IMG/VR virus record: IMGVR_UViG_3300036796_000098
Span: 1-52,136 of that record
Reading direction: 5' to 3' (one strand)
DNA from: a virus
Taxonomy: Duplodnaviria > Caudoviricetes
DNA: 52,136 nt
Shown in pieces: positions 1-8,196 of this stretch (positions are counted from its first letter, which is position 1; every line of letters starts with the position of its first letter). The translations under genes were made by a program, and so were the position numbers. Below the pieces are notes generated by a model. That model did not search any database. It was not told the DNA's origin and saw only the letters and a program-made list of their open reading frames with translations.

Positions 1-62
1 GCTGACAATGCCACGGCAAAAGCGAGCGCGGCGGCCCGACGAGAAACCGATAATGCGTTCAA
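1..62 (-). CDS. ybhC: 5' end of host YbhC-like outer-membrane lipoprotein (runs off the window)
   Basis: TTG start at 62 with GGAG RBS; MNALSVSRRAAALAFAVALSA resembles the E. coli YbhC signal peptide; expected neighbour of lambda attB. Confidence 0.75.
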   Translation of the reverse strand, partial: MNALSVSRRAAALAFAVALS

Positions 63-108
63 GGTTGCTCCTTGCTGTGCGGTTGAAAAGGGGGTGTCCT
101 CAAGGCCT

Positions 109-200
109 GCATTTTTATACTAAGTTGGCACGATAAAAACGCCTGCAATATCAGAATGTTAAAAGGCACAGGTCACTATCAGTCAAAATAAAATCACTAT
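109..200 (+). other. attL (B-O-P'): core GCATTTTTATACTAA, IHF H' site, Int arm sites P'1-P'3
   Basis: Core 109-123; TATCAGAATGTTA 149-161 fits the IHF consensus; AGGTCACTAT 170-179, CAGTCAAAAT 180-189 and AAATCACTAT 191-200 match the lambda P' arm. Confidence 0.95.
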
Positions 201-1267
201 TTTATTTCCAGCTTGTTCCATTCCCTGCCGCGATCGTCACGATATTGAGCCGCCATGCTGTCTGACTTATGACCCAAAAGGTGTTGAGAAAACTTATCAC
301 TTACCTGCTTCTCGTACTCCCTGGCAGATAAACTTCGTAACTCATGGAACGTTGGCGGGCTGTCGCCGAATGATAGTCCTGATGCCTTTCTAGCGCGCAT
401 AAAATAGCGTGATACCGTTCCCGATGAAAGGGGCATATTGCGGGTTGATGAAATTACCGTATCGCCTTTCAGGATAGTCTTGCATTTGAATAACGTATCG
501 CTCAGTACGAGGCCGAGCGAATCGAGTGATAGGTTTACAGGGATAGCCAGTTTCACGCCGGTTTTCTGCTGTTCAATATGAAGATGCTCATCGTGTATGT
601 CGCTCCACTTCATAGCGCATAAGTCACTTACGCGCTGCCCTGTGATAACAGCCAACTCTATCGACAGCGGAACCCACGGAGGCAAATCGTCAGTTGCTGC
701 CATTATCTGCTTGTATTCATCAAGCGTCAGTCGTTCGCGCTTAACTTCGGTTTTCGGTGAACGGGTGGCGGATACCGGGTTAGTCTGTGTGTGGCCTTCT
801 GCTATAGCCTCCCTGAATATGTCAGCAAGCATTGAACGTATAAGCTTTGCCGTGGCCGCCTTTCCGCTATCAACGTAGTCGTTGAGCAGTGATGCTATTT
901 GTTTCGTCGTTATGTCGACGATCGGCGCGTCGCTAATCCTTTCCCTGATAGCTTTCAGCTTGTTCCTGTAGTCAACAATCGTCTTCTTGCTTAACCCCCT
1001 CTCACCGATAATCACTTCATACCTGTCCAGCCATGAATGGACTGTCATTGCATCATCATTGCTAATCCTTGAAAGCAGTGTTTTCCTTTCATCTCCCGAA
1101 AATAGTTCAATGTTTGCCTGGATTGCTTCGGTAACAGCTATCCTCCTGTTTCTACCTAAACCAAATTCCTTACCCGTCCGTGGGTCGCGATAGCAGTAAT
1201 AACCGCTATTTCTGATGTAGAGATTCGGTGGTAAATCTCTTCTGTCATGGCTTCGCCTTCTTCCCAT
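197..1267 (-). CDS. int: Lambda-type tyrosine integrase
   Basis: 356 aa; MGRRRSHDRRDLPPNLYIRN N-terminus, TGQRVSDL, FHELRSLS, LLGHKS, catalytic Tyr in AQYRDDRG. Confidence 0.98.
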   Translation of the reverse strand: MGRRRSHDRRDLPPNLYIRNSGYYCYRDPRTGKEFGLGRNRRIAVTEAIQANIELFSGDERKTLLSRISNDDAMTVHSWLDRYEVIIGERGLSKKTIVDYRNKLKAIRERISDAPIVDITTKQIASLLNDYVDSGKAATAKLIRSMLADIFREAIAEGHTQTNPVSATRSPKTEVKRERLTLDEYKQIMAATDDLPPWVPLSIELAVITGQRVSDLCAMKWSDIHDEHLHIEQQKTGVKLAIPVNLSLDSLGLVLSDTLFKCKTILKGDTVISSTRNMPLSSGTVSRYFMRARKASGLSFGDSPPTFHELRSLSAREYEKQVSDKFSQHLLGHKSDSMAAQYRDDRGREWNKLEIK

Positions 1268-1463
1268 GTCTAATCCTCTTTAAAAGGCTGCCTGTTTGAA
1301 GTTCTGATGGATCAATCTTCACGGCTCTTTCATGAAACAGATATTCCCTGCCATCTTTAACTGGTGCGGGAACAATTCTGCACTCTCTTACCCAGCGTCG
1401 AACCGTTTCAATGCTTCGCGGTTTGCGCTGCCTGGCGTTCCATTCTGGAAGCGTTAAGTACAT
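1245..1463 (-). CDS. xis: Excisionase
   Basis: 72 aa; MYLTLPEWNARQRKPRSIETVRRWVRECRI closely matches lambda Xis; overlaps int start. Confidence 0.96.
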   Translation of the reverse strand: MYLTLPEWNARQRKPRSIETVRRWVRECRIVPAPVKDGREYLFHERAVKIDPSELQTGSLLKRIRHGKKAKP

Positions 1464-1489
1464 AGCTTTACCTCTGCAATTACACGCAA
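1455..1489 (-). promoter_or_regulatory. pI-like CII-activated promoter for int
   Basis: Minus strand TTGC-GTGTAA-TTGC (1476-1489); -10 TGTACT overlaps the xis ATG, as in lambda pI. Confidence 0.85.
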
Positions 1490-1490
1490 A

Positions 1491-1515
1491 TAAAAAGGCC
1501 GCCTCAGGGGCGGCC
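1491..1515 (-). terminator. Intrinsic terminator upstream of xis
   Basis: GGCCGCC-5nt-GGCGGCC hairpin followed by a T-run on the minus strand. Confidence 0.7.
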
Positions 1516-1536
1516 GTCAGGTCAGTGTTTGGTTTG

Positions 1537-2004
1537 TCATTCGGTATTGTCGGGCAACTTGTAAAACTGGCTTACAGGTTCGGCAGGGAGTTGCGGGGCG
1601 GCGGCTATCGCGGCGCGTAACTTACCAGGAACATCTGCCCACACTCCAGAGTAATAGCTAGTATTAGGGTCAGCATGCTCCAGCAGGTCCTCTATCGCTG
1701 ATGCAGCCATATGAAGTAAATCATCAGGCGCATTAGGAGATTGAGGTGCTGTGTAGAGTGGCAAAACTCGGCCGCCCCACTTCTTTACGCTATTTTCCGC
1801 GAAAACAAGATGCTCGGGGCGGTAATAACCAGGGGCATCAATATCCTTTCTCTCGCTATCCCACATGTAAACCACAGGCTTCTCCGCAGCTTCCCGCAGT
1901 GCCAGTAGCTCGCATAGTGTATTAGCCAGGCGATGATTACTGTCGATAGAGCAATCGTGGATAAACTGCGCAAGCTCTTCATTGCTCAGGTTTGTTGTTG
2001 TCAT
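1537..2004 (-). CDS. ea-region hypothetical protein
   Basis: ATG at 2004 with GAGGAGG RBS; ELLALREAAEKPV and PLYTAPQ motifs typical of lambdoid ea genes. Confidence 0.7.
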   Translation of the reverse strand: MTTTNLSNEELAQFIHDCSIDSNHRLANTLCELLALREAAEKPVVYMWDSERKDIDAPGYYRPEHLVFAENSVKKWGGRVLPLYTAPQSPNAPDDLLHMAASAIEDLLEHADPNTSYYSGVWADVPGKLRAAIAAAPQLPAEPVSQFYKLPDNTE

Positions 2005-2219
2005 AAAGCCTCCTCGTAACCCAATTCCCACTCTTTCATTTGATTTAAACGCCTAGCCGCTGCTCGGTTCTGCGCCGCACTCGGTGAAGAATGATTGACA
2101 AACTCCACACCAAACCGCCTCATTGCCAAAACCTTCCTGTTACTTATGCGTACTTCCATTCGCTGCATAATTACAGCCAACGCCCTGCGTATAGCTCTAT
2201 TGCTTGTGCGATTAGCCAT
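2001..2219 (-). CDS. Small basic hypothetical protein
   Basis: 72-aa ORF overlapping both neighbours. Confidence 0.6.
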   Translation of the reverse strand: MANRTSNRAIRRALAVIMQRMEVRISNRKVLAMRRFGVEFVNHSSPSAAQNRAAARRLNQMKEWELGYEEAL

Positions 2220-2859
2220 GAATAAACTCTCCGTACTTTTGCTTGTATAGCCTCAAGGTGTAGGCATCAGTGCGGTATTGTTTGATGTCCTCTCTGAGCT
2301 TATTAACTTCGGTTGCAACCCGGTTGTATTCACGATTGGCAGCGCGAACAAGGCCTTTTGCTTCTTCTGGGTCACCAAATCTCACCAGCGCGTGGGCCAG
2401 CATATCCAGCTCATGCGTTTTGTTTGCGTCGTGTTGCCAGAATGGGACTAGCTCTCCGCCCCGATAACCCCCGGTGATATAACAGGCAACATGACCAGCT
2501 TTTACCTTTACGTGGCCCCGTTTATTCACCCACAACAAACCCCAACCATCAGGTAAGTCTGCAATATCAATCAACCCTTCCGGGCAAATGTAATAGCGGT
2601 ACATCCCCATGCCTGGTACGGTGCCGTTGCGGTGCGGCTTTGCCCGGTCTGCCAGAAAATCCGAGCGGCTTACTTTCGACTCAACCACTATCGAGCCGCC
2701 ATCGAATCCCCAGCGATAACCAAACGCGTCAGCACGTTCACCACCATAAAGGCCACCAACCTCAGTTAAAGCCACCTGGCATCCTGGGCCGTTATTACTT
2801 TGCGGCCGCTTTAGCCATTTAGCTGCTATAGCATTAAGTTCGTCGTGAGTAATAGCCAT
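2212..2859 (-). CDS. PD-(D/E)XK nuclease-like protein (MmcB-like)
   Basis: E...RADAFG...IVVESKVSRSDF...RYYICP...LPDGWGLL motif pattern; ATG at 2859. Confidence 0.6.
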   Translation of the reverse strand: MAITHDELNAIAAKWLKRPQSNNGPGCQVALTEVGGLYGGERADAFGYRWGFDGGSIVVESKVSRSDFLADRAKPHRNGTVPGMGMYRYYICPEGLIDIADLPDGWGLLWVNKRGHVKVKAGHVACYITGGYRGGELVPFWQHDANKTHELDMLAHALVRFGDPEEAKGLVRAANREYNRVATEVNKLREDIKQYRTDAYTLRLYKQKYGEFIHG

Positions 2860-2860
2860 C

Positions 2861-3268
2861 TCACTCACTCCCCACGGTGCCGCGGCGGGCCACCAGCTCA
2901 GCGATGCGCTTATCTGCATCACTTAGAATTGCGCGCTCAAGCTTGAGACGTTGCCGGAACTCTTCGCGCTCTGTCTGCGCCAGCTCCAGCGCCGCTATCA
3001 GTGTCAGGACGTTTTCAGGTTGAGCCAGCGCAATGAACTCAGCGTTTGCTTGCTGTTCTTGCTGGAACGCCTCATCAAAGCCACTATCTGGATGAGCACC
3101 TTCAATCTTGGCTATTGCCATAAACCCCTGAACTTCACGTGAGATAATTGCGTCGTCACTTTCAAATGGGCTGTTACCATCCCCGTACTGAAGAAGCCAC
3201 TCGCCACTTGTGGCTTTCTCCGCTGCCGCTTTCATGCTGGCTATCAGCGCTTCGGTGTTATTGCTCAT
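2861..3268 (-). CDS. Ead/Ea22-like protein
   Basis: AAAEKATSGEW...ANAEFIALAQPENVLTLIAALE motif. Confidence 0.75.
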   Translation of the reverse strand: MSNNTEALIASMKAAAEKATSGEWLLQYGDGNSPFESDDAIISREVQGFMAIAKIEGAHPDSGFDEAFQQEQQANAEFIALAQPENVLTLIAALELAQTEREEFRQRLKLERAILSDADKRIAELVARRGTVGSE

Positions 3269-3804
3269 TGGCCTGACTCCTTGCGCAGCTGTGCGGCGAA
3301 ACTGACACAAAGCAGAACCACACCTTTCCACTTTCTCTGCGTAGATTTATCGCCAACAAAGCGCTGATATTCCTTACCGGCGAATGTCGCTAACTCATCC
3401 ACACCCTGCGCCTTTAGCTCTGCAATAGCGGCGTCTGTGGCTGGGGTTTCTAATTCGTCGAAAGCCTCAATTGCCGCCTCAATTGCAACTTGCTGTATGT
3501 GCGCCTCTTGGCACCCCTGAATTCCAGTTCCAGTCCCGTTTAGGTCGCTGTGCATTTCTGAAAGTCTTTCTCCAAATTTCTTCAGCCCTACATTCTCCGC
3601 AACCAGCGCATAGCACTTGAGTGATGCAACCGCTGCGTCGGAAAAGTAACCTTTGCATTTTGCCTCCGACATGCAAAGTTCACGCTCCAGCGCATCACGC
3701 TCTTTGAATTTGCGGTAAATGTACTGAGCATTGCTCTCTCCTACCAACAAATCACCAGGCAGGCATTTACCGCGCAAGAAACCTTCAATTTCGTATAATT
3801 CCAT
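3265..3804 (-). CDS. ea-region hypothetical protein
   Basis: ETPATDAAIAELKAQGV...FAAQLRK motifs common in this region. Confidence 0.7.
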   Translation of the reverse strand: MELYEIEGFLRGKCLPGDLLVGESNAQYIYRKFKERDALERELCMSEAKCKGYFSDAAVASLKCYALVAENVGLKKFGERLSEMHSDLNGTGTGIQGCQEAHIQQVAIEAAIEAFDELETPATDAAIAELKAQGVDELATFAGKEYQRFVGDKSTQRKWKGVVLLCVSFAAQLRKESGQ

Positions 3805-3814
3805 CTCTTATCCC

Positions 3815-3976
3815 TCAGTGCTTAGTCGTCTTAATGAATGCGTCGATGTGCCGGTTATTGTCCGGGCCGGGGAAGCTGCTCTTGCCTTTGATTTCTTCAT
3901 CGGTGATGGGCCGCTGTCTGCGTTCTATCCTCAAATCCCCGGGTGTTAAGTCAGGGTTGTATTGATTGCTGCGCAT
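3815..3976 (-). CDS. Small protein, DUF2737/Eaf-like (missing from ORF track)
   Basis: 53 aa MRSNQYNPDLTPGDLRIERRQRPITDEEIKGKSSFPGPDNNRHIDAFIKTTKH with GGAG RBS. Confidence 0.6.
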   Translation of the reverse strand: MRSNQYNPDLTPGDLRIERRQRPITDEEIKGKSSFPGPDNNRHIDAFIKTTKH

Positions 3977-4253
3977 GTTCACGCTCCACGTATTCAGTTA
4001 TGGATTTGCTTACTGTCTGGCTGAGGTTTTCGATATGCAGAACGAGCGCCTGCAATGTCTGCGCTTCTGACGCGAGGATTTCCCGGTGGTACAACTCTTT
4101 CACCAGATGCTCAAGCTTCGAGTAATAACGTGCTGAGCTGAGAGTTTCTTTCCCTGCGTTATCACCTTTTTCGATGATTACTTTCTCGCGTAAAACGAGG
4201 TCGTGAGTAGTCCCGGTAATGACGTATTTACCGATTTCAATATTGAGTTTCAT
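3951..4253 (-). CDS. Hypothetical phage protein (DUF5405-like)
   Basis: IEIGKYVITGTTHDLVL...AGKETLS...YYSKLEHL pattern. Confidence 0.65.
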   Translation of the reverse strand: MKLNIEIGKYVITGTTHDLVLREKVIIEKGDNAGKETLSSARYYSKLEHLVKELYHREILASEAQTLQALVLHIENLSQTVSKSITEYVEREHAQQSIQP

Positions 4254-4262
4254 TGGGTGTCC

Positions 4263-4460
4263 TTAATGGCGGCGAAGCTTTATGCCTTCGCGCTTGGCTA
4301 ACTGCCTGATTGATTCGTAGGAACGATCGAAGAGTTTGGCGATTAGTTTTGGCTGGGTTGTGCCAGCCATTAATCTGATAAGCTTGATGTCGATATCCAG
4401 CCAGTGGCGGCCTAGTGATTTCTGGTTTCCGCGCTGCTTGCGATAAGTGCTTTCCTTCAT
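4263..4460 (-). CDS. Small putative HTH DNA-binding protein
   Basis: W...PKLIAKLFDRSYESIRQLAKREGI. Confidence 0.6.
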   Translation of the reverse strand: MKESTYRKQRGNQKSLGRHWLDIDIKLIRLMAGTTQPKLIAKLFDRSYESIRQLAKREGIKLRRH

Positions 4461-4462
4461 AG

Positions 4463-5017
4463 CTAGTCTGCCTCAGATAGCTCCGCCTTCCTGCTGCTAT
4501 AGGCCTCGTCAAGTTTTTTCAGTTTTTCATCGCTACCGGACAATGCTGTTTTGGTTTTCTGATAGAAGCGCTCAAGCTTTTCAGAATCTGCGGTAATTGC
4601 CTGCTCACAGAACCAAGAAAGAGGATCAATGACTGTTAGTTTTTCCACTCGGTGCTCGGTACGCTTGCCGCGTGCCGTAGAAATCATCAATGAAAACGCA
4701 GCATCGATATGGCTCATGGCTTTTATTTTGATGCCGCCAACTGCAACGCCTCCATATTTAACTGATGAGTCGCCATATAGCGTCAGGGACTTTCCTACCC
4801 ATGAATGCCCATCAGCACTCCATGCATCAATGAGTACGCGACGCATGCCTTTGGATGGCTTGTACGGACGTCCGTCATACCCTTCCAGATCGATATTCAC
4901 CGGCTGTTCTTTATTTCCCCTGCGGACAGCCTTAATAACCGCTGTGATGCTTTGTGACTGAACATCCTCAAAGTTGAGCTGATCGGACTTTGGAATGATT
5001 GTTTGTGAAAGATCCAT
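4463..5017 (-). CDS. Conserved hypothetical protein in the recombinase position
   Basis: 184 aa; coupled (TAATG) to the exonuclease gene. Confidence 0.75.
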   Translation of the reverse strand: MDLSQTIIPKSDQLNFEDVQSQSITAVIKAVRRGNKEQPVNIDLEGYDGRPYKPSKGMRRVLIDAWSADGHSWVGKSLTLYGDSSVKYGGVAVGGIKIKAMSHIDAAFSLMISTARGKRTEHRVEKLTVIDPLSWFCEQAITADSEKLERFYQKTKTALSGSDEKLKKLDEAYSSRKAELSEAD

Positions 5018-5838
5018 TAGAAAATTACCTCGTCGTCGAATTCTTCTTCAAACAGATAGCCAGGTACGTTTATTTCGCTGGACGGTAAAACCATCCCTTC
5101 ATATTGGAGAGAGGGGTCGTCCATGCATCCCAAAAGCATATCCATTGCTTCAAACATGACCTTTCTACCGAGTTCCAGTGATTCCTCACCGATGTAATAC
5201 ATGCAGTTTTTGAACGGTGCGGTGTTTTCGATGGCGAAGAATGCAAACTGGTTAAGCTCTCGCCCGGTGACTAGCTTCAACACGTACAAATAAAAGGCTG
5301 CCTGCACATGGTAGTGATACTGACCGAACGCCTGACTGAACCCGCGCTGCGTTGCATCCCTGCAACTTTTCACATCCAGAGGGTAAGGGTGGCTATCTGA
5401 AAGTCTGTCGAATCGGCATTTTAGATTTAGACCGGTAACAGGGCAGGTGGCGAACATTGATACTTCTGAGTGGCCTTTAGCGGAAAGATAATCAGTAAAG
5501 TCATCATTCAGATTTGACGATTCAATCATCCGGTTTATCGTGTCAACTTCATTGCCGATAAGTATGTTTTCGGGATTAGCGCCTGGCAGAAGTGCCTTGT
5601 ACTCTTTCGATGCCCGAGTGCTGATATCCGGTTTTAGCAAAAAGTCCTTTTCAAACACGCTAGGCTCAAGTAATGCTGCGTGTATGGCAGTGCCAATCTG
5701 TGCCGACTTACTTCCTTTGAATGGGTTGAAATACAGGTTAGCCGGACTAACGCTAATGGCCTTTATTGTCGTCGAGCCTATCGCCTCATCCCTGTGATAA
5801 TCCTCATTCGACAAGTCGTAATAAATTCCCGGTTCCAT
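5017..5838 (-). CDS. RecE/ExoVIII-like PD-(D/E)XK exonuclease (DUF3799-like)
   Basis: [42 protein letters not shown]. Confidence 0.85.
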   Translation of the reverse strand: MEPGIYYDLSNEDYHRDEAIGSTTIKAISVSPANLYFNPFKGSKSAQIGTAIHAALLEPSVFEKDFLLKPDISTRASKEYKALLPGANPENILIGNEVDTINRMIESSNLNDDFTDYLSAKGHSEVSMFATCPVTGLNLKCRFDRLSDSHPYPLDVKSCRDATQRGFSQAFGQYHYHVQAAFYLYVLKLVTGRELNQFAFFAIENTAPFKNCMYYIGEESLELGRKVMFEAMDMLLGCMDDPSLQYEGMVLPSSEINVPGYLFEEEFDDEVIF

Positions 5839-6146
5839 TATGCCGCTCTCCTGTGCTCATGCTTTGCTTTGAAAACGCCGACAGCGTACTCAGCCGTTAC
5901 CCTGGCCGTTAATGCATCCCAGCGCCATTTCTCGACGCTCTCTTGATAGCTGATGTCATCACCTTCGAGATAGTCAACGGCGTCGCCTGTGTGTTCGTCA
6001 GGCTGGAAATTGCGGAGTAGGGAAGTGATGGGGTTTGATGCTTTAGCCAGGCGTTCGACTTCAGCGTAAATCCGCTCGTTGTCCTGCTCATTTAGGGAGG
6101 AAATGATGTTCTTAATTTCCTGCTTGTCTGCGAATGTTAACTTCAT
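5838..6146 (-). CDS. Hypothetical protein
   Basis: ATG at 6146 with GGAGG RBS; coupled to neighbours. Confidence 0.65.
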   Translation of the reverse strand: MKLTFADKQEIKNIISSLNEQDNERIYAEVERLAKASNPITSLLRNFQPDEHTGDAVDYLEGDDISYQESVEKWRWDALTARVTAEYAVGVFKAKHEHRRAA

Positions 6147-6259
6147 TTGAATGACCTCCGTAGAAGTTGCATTGCCATAGCCCACTGCACTGAATTTCCA
6201 TAAAGCACCGCTGCCCGGGAAAGCTCCTGAGCCTTTGTGAAATACCGGTTAGTTTTCAT
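6143..6259 (-). CDS. kil: Kil-like host cell-division inhibitor (missing from ORF track)
   Basis: 38 aa [38 protein letters not shown]; AQ..A...G(D/N)S..W..A spacing like HK97-type Kil; directly after cIII. Confidence 0.55.
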   Translation of the reverse strand: MKTNRYFTKAQELSRAAVLYGNSVQWAMAMQLLRRSFK

Positions 6260-6396
6260 TACGGTGTCCCGGGCTGGTTTAATGTGTCGATTAACCACTT
6301 CCAGCCAGCACGTAGCTGGCGAGTGATTCGGTCTAGCTGGGATTCATTTAGCTGGAAAGCACCCATGCGAGCGCCTCCCGCGATTGCAACAATCAT
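6259..6396 (-). CDS. cIII: CIII FtsH inhibitor (missing from ORF track)
   Basis: 45 aa MIVAIAGGARMGAFQLNESQLDRITRQLRAGWKWLIDTLNQPGTP matches P22 C3 / lambda CIII. Confidence 0.92.
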   Translation of the reverse strand: MIVAIAGGARMGAFQLNESQLDRITRQLRAGWKWLIDTLNQPGTP

Positions 6397-6421
6397 GGGG
6401 TTTCCTTAGATATGATTTGAA

Positions 6422-6823
6422 TTAGTAGGTGATGCGGATGGCGGTTACTTCGCCTTTAGCGATGGCTGCAACACATTTCTGAGCGCAGTCTTCTGGAAGG
6501 CCAGAAGCAACAAGCTCGGCGACAGACTTACGGTTAACGGTGCGGCGATGCTCAATATCAGCTTCACGACGAGCCTTCTCGTCTGCGACACGCTTTTCTT
6601 CTGCCAGACGAGCAGCTTCCTTGGCCTCTGCTTCACGACGAACACGATCTGCTTCTTCCTGAGCCTTGCGATTCGCTTCTGCAATAGCTTCCTGCTTTTC
6701 ACGCTCAGCGCGTTCGGCGGCAGCTTTTGCGTCGGCAATGGCTTTCTGTTCTGCGGCGATGCGGTCACGTTCAGCTTGCTCGGCTTTGAGCTTTAATTCA
6801 GCTTCACGACGAGCCGCTTCTTT
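6422..6823 (-). pseudogene. 5'-truncated remnant of an Ala/Glu/Arg-rich coiled-coil (TolA-like) phage gene
   Basis: Open frame KEAARREAELKLKAEQAERDRIAAE...ADIEHRRTVNRK...IAKGEVTAIRITY* with no ATG/GTG/TTG start. Confidence 0.7.
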
Positions 6824-6843
6824 GCGGACTGTGCGATGACCAA

Positions 6844-7446
6844 TCAGGCCGCTAAATCTTTGAGCTTTTGCACTGCTTTATTCAGCGTGTCGATACAGTC
6901 GATAAACTCATCTGTTTTGCGCTGTAACGCGCCAGCGGCCTGACAAACTTCTAGTTTTACCGGGGCCAGCTTCTTGTTGAAGAAGTCGTTATCGTTGCGT
7001 TTGCGCTCAAGCTCTTCTGCCTGCTTCAAAAGCTGCTCAGCTTGTTTACGAATTGCTTCCGGCGAATTTGGAATAGATAACGTTTCCATTACTGGCTCCT
7101 GCTTAGTTGTTGTCACTGGCTGCTGAATGCTGGCAACTGCCTTTGGCTCTGTTGTCTTGGTCGGATATTTGTAGCCAGGAATGTCTTTTGGATATCCGTA
7201 TTTCTTGTGACGCAAGAACGTCATCATGTTCTTTCCGTTAACCGGTATTGCCTGAATAACCAGAATGCTTTCTCTCTGCTCCAGAAACTCGATAAGACTG
7301 TCTTTTTCGCGCTTGGTAAGAGAGCCAAATGCGCCGATCTTGTTGCTTAGCTTCGACAGGGTGACGCCATCCGGCATCTTCTCTACGTAGCTTTTAACTT
7401 CTGCAAGCGGTCGGTATAACTTCGATGGGATAGTTGCTGGCGTCAT
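6844..7446 (-). CDS. Hypothetical protein with C-terminal coiled coil
   Basis: 200-aa ORF with AGGAGG RBS, directly after N. Confidence 0.75.
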   Translation of the reverse strand: MTPATIPSKLYRPLAEVKSYVEKMPDGVTLSKLSNKIGAFGSLTKREKDSLIEFLEQRESILVIQAIPVNGKNMMTFLRHKKYGYPKDIPGYKYPTKTTEPKAVASIQQPVTTTKQEPVMETLSIPNSPEAIRKQAEQLLKQAEELERKRNDNDFFNKKLAPVKLEVCQAAGALQRKTDEFIDCIDTLNKAVQKLKDLAA

Positions 7447-7454
7447 GTGCCCTC

Positions 7455-7739
7455 CTAAATAAGTGGAATGCTGTGGCCTTTCATTTTTTGCCGCGCGTTA
7501 ACCTGCTGGCCAAGCGGATTTCGAACCTTGCGATATTGCGGGCTTTCTCTGGTCACGAATTGTTCTTCTTTAGGCTGACGTAAGCCCGGTAAGCTGAGAG
7601 CTTTACAAATACGCTCTGAGCCTTCACCAGACAGCTTTGCAAATGCCCGGTTAATTTTTCCTGCATAGTTGCAGGCATCAATCTGCTGAGATGCTTTTCT
7701 GGCGTTGTACTCAGCCATGCGGCGTTGATTTCTGTTCAT
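7455..7739 (-). CDS. N: N-type antiterminator
   Basis: First gene of the pL operon; Arg-rich NRNQRR N-terminus; C-terminal QKMKGHSIPLI like the lambda N terminus (SIPLI). Confidence 0.8.
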   Translation of the reverse strand: MNRNQRRMAEYNARKASQQIDACNYAGKINRAFAKLSGEGSERICKALSLPGLRQPKEEQFVTRESPQYRKVRNPLGQQVNARQKMKGHSIPLI

Positions 7740-7752
7740 GGGTATTCCTCAG

Positions 7753-7980
7753 TGAGTGCTTTGGTGATTGGATGACCGGGTCTGAAACCGGCTTAGGGAT
7801 TCCACCTTTTCATGACGAGTTTGAGACCGTGGAGCGTCTTCCTCAGTGCGGTTGCCCGCCACCAGTAAACTGGCGTTTTGTGGTCCATCGTCTTTCCTGA
7901 GTCGTGTCTTAACCAGATCGGGATACCGGCACGTAATCAGGGCGCAGCAACTGCGCATTCATCCAATCCCAAAACACTCA
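7753..7980 (-). promoter_or_regulatory. Structured N-leader RNA (RNase III-type closing stem with a 183-nt multibranch insert)
   Basis: 22-bp stem 7959-7980 / 7753-7775 ending beside the N RBS; several internal hairpins. Confidence 0.7.
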
Positions 7981-7988
7981 TGTTCTGG

Positions 7989-8022
7989 CCTGTGTATTCA
8001 CAGGGCTAAATTTTTAAAGAGC
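7989..8022 (-). promoter_or_regulatory. nutL (boxA + boxB)
   Basis: boxA GCTCTTTAA (8014-8022), then hairpin CCTGTG-AATA-CACAGG (7989-8004). Confidence 0.8.
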
Positions 8023-8069
8023 CAGCAACTCAGTTCCTTGTTGCAGTTCAGCGTCCTGCTGATGGAGTA

Positions 8070-8134
8070 AAATTAGCATCGTGCTAAAACTTATGCAATA
8101 GCCGCGCGCTAAAAATTTTAGCGTTAATTGCTAA
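8070..8134 (-). promoter_or_regulatory. pL and OL operators
   Basis: TTGCAT-17-TAATTT on minus strand; palindromes TTAGCATCGTGCTAA 8073-8087, ATAGCCGCGCGCTAA 8098-8112, TTAGCGTTAATTGCTAA 8118-8134. Confidence 0.75.
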
Positions 8135-8196
8135 ATTCATGAATTTTAATAGACTTTATTTTAGCGGTGGGTTTAGCGTCTATTGAATTGAGGCAC

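Noticed and set aside
6445-6768. 107-aa minus-strand ORF from the track
   Set aside because: Shadow frame of the truncated coiled-coil gene; the coding bias is in the frame ending at 6422
6844-6870. -1 frameshift fusing the 200-aa gene to the coiled-coil remnant
   Set aside because: The frames would allow it, but there is no X XXY YYZ slippery heptamer
7815-7850. Hammerhead-like CTGAGGA followed by an AGAC/GTCT stem on the minus strand
   Set aside because: The invariant GAAA reads CAAA, and no stem III with a UH cleavage site can be formed
7749-7958. 69-aa ORF in the N leader
   Set aside because: Weak RBS and atypical composition; the region is better explained by RNA structure
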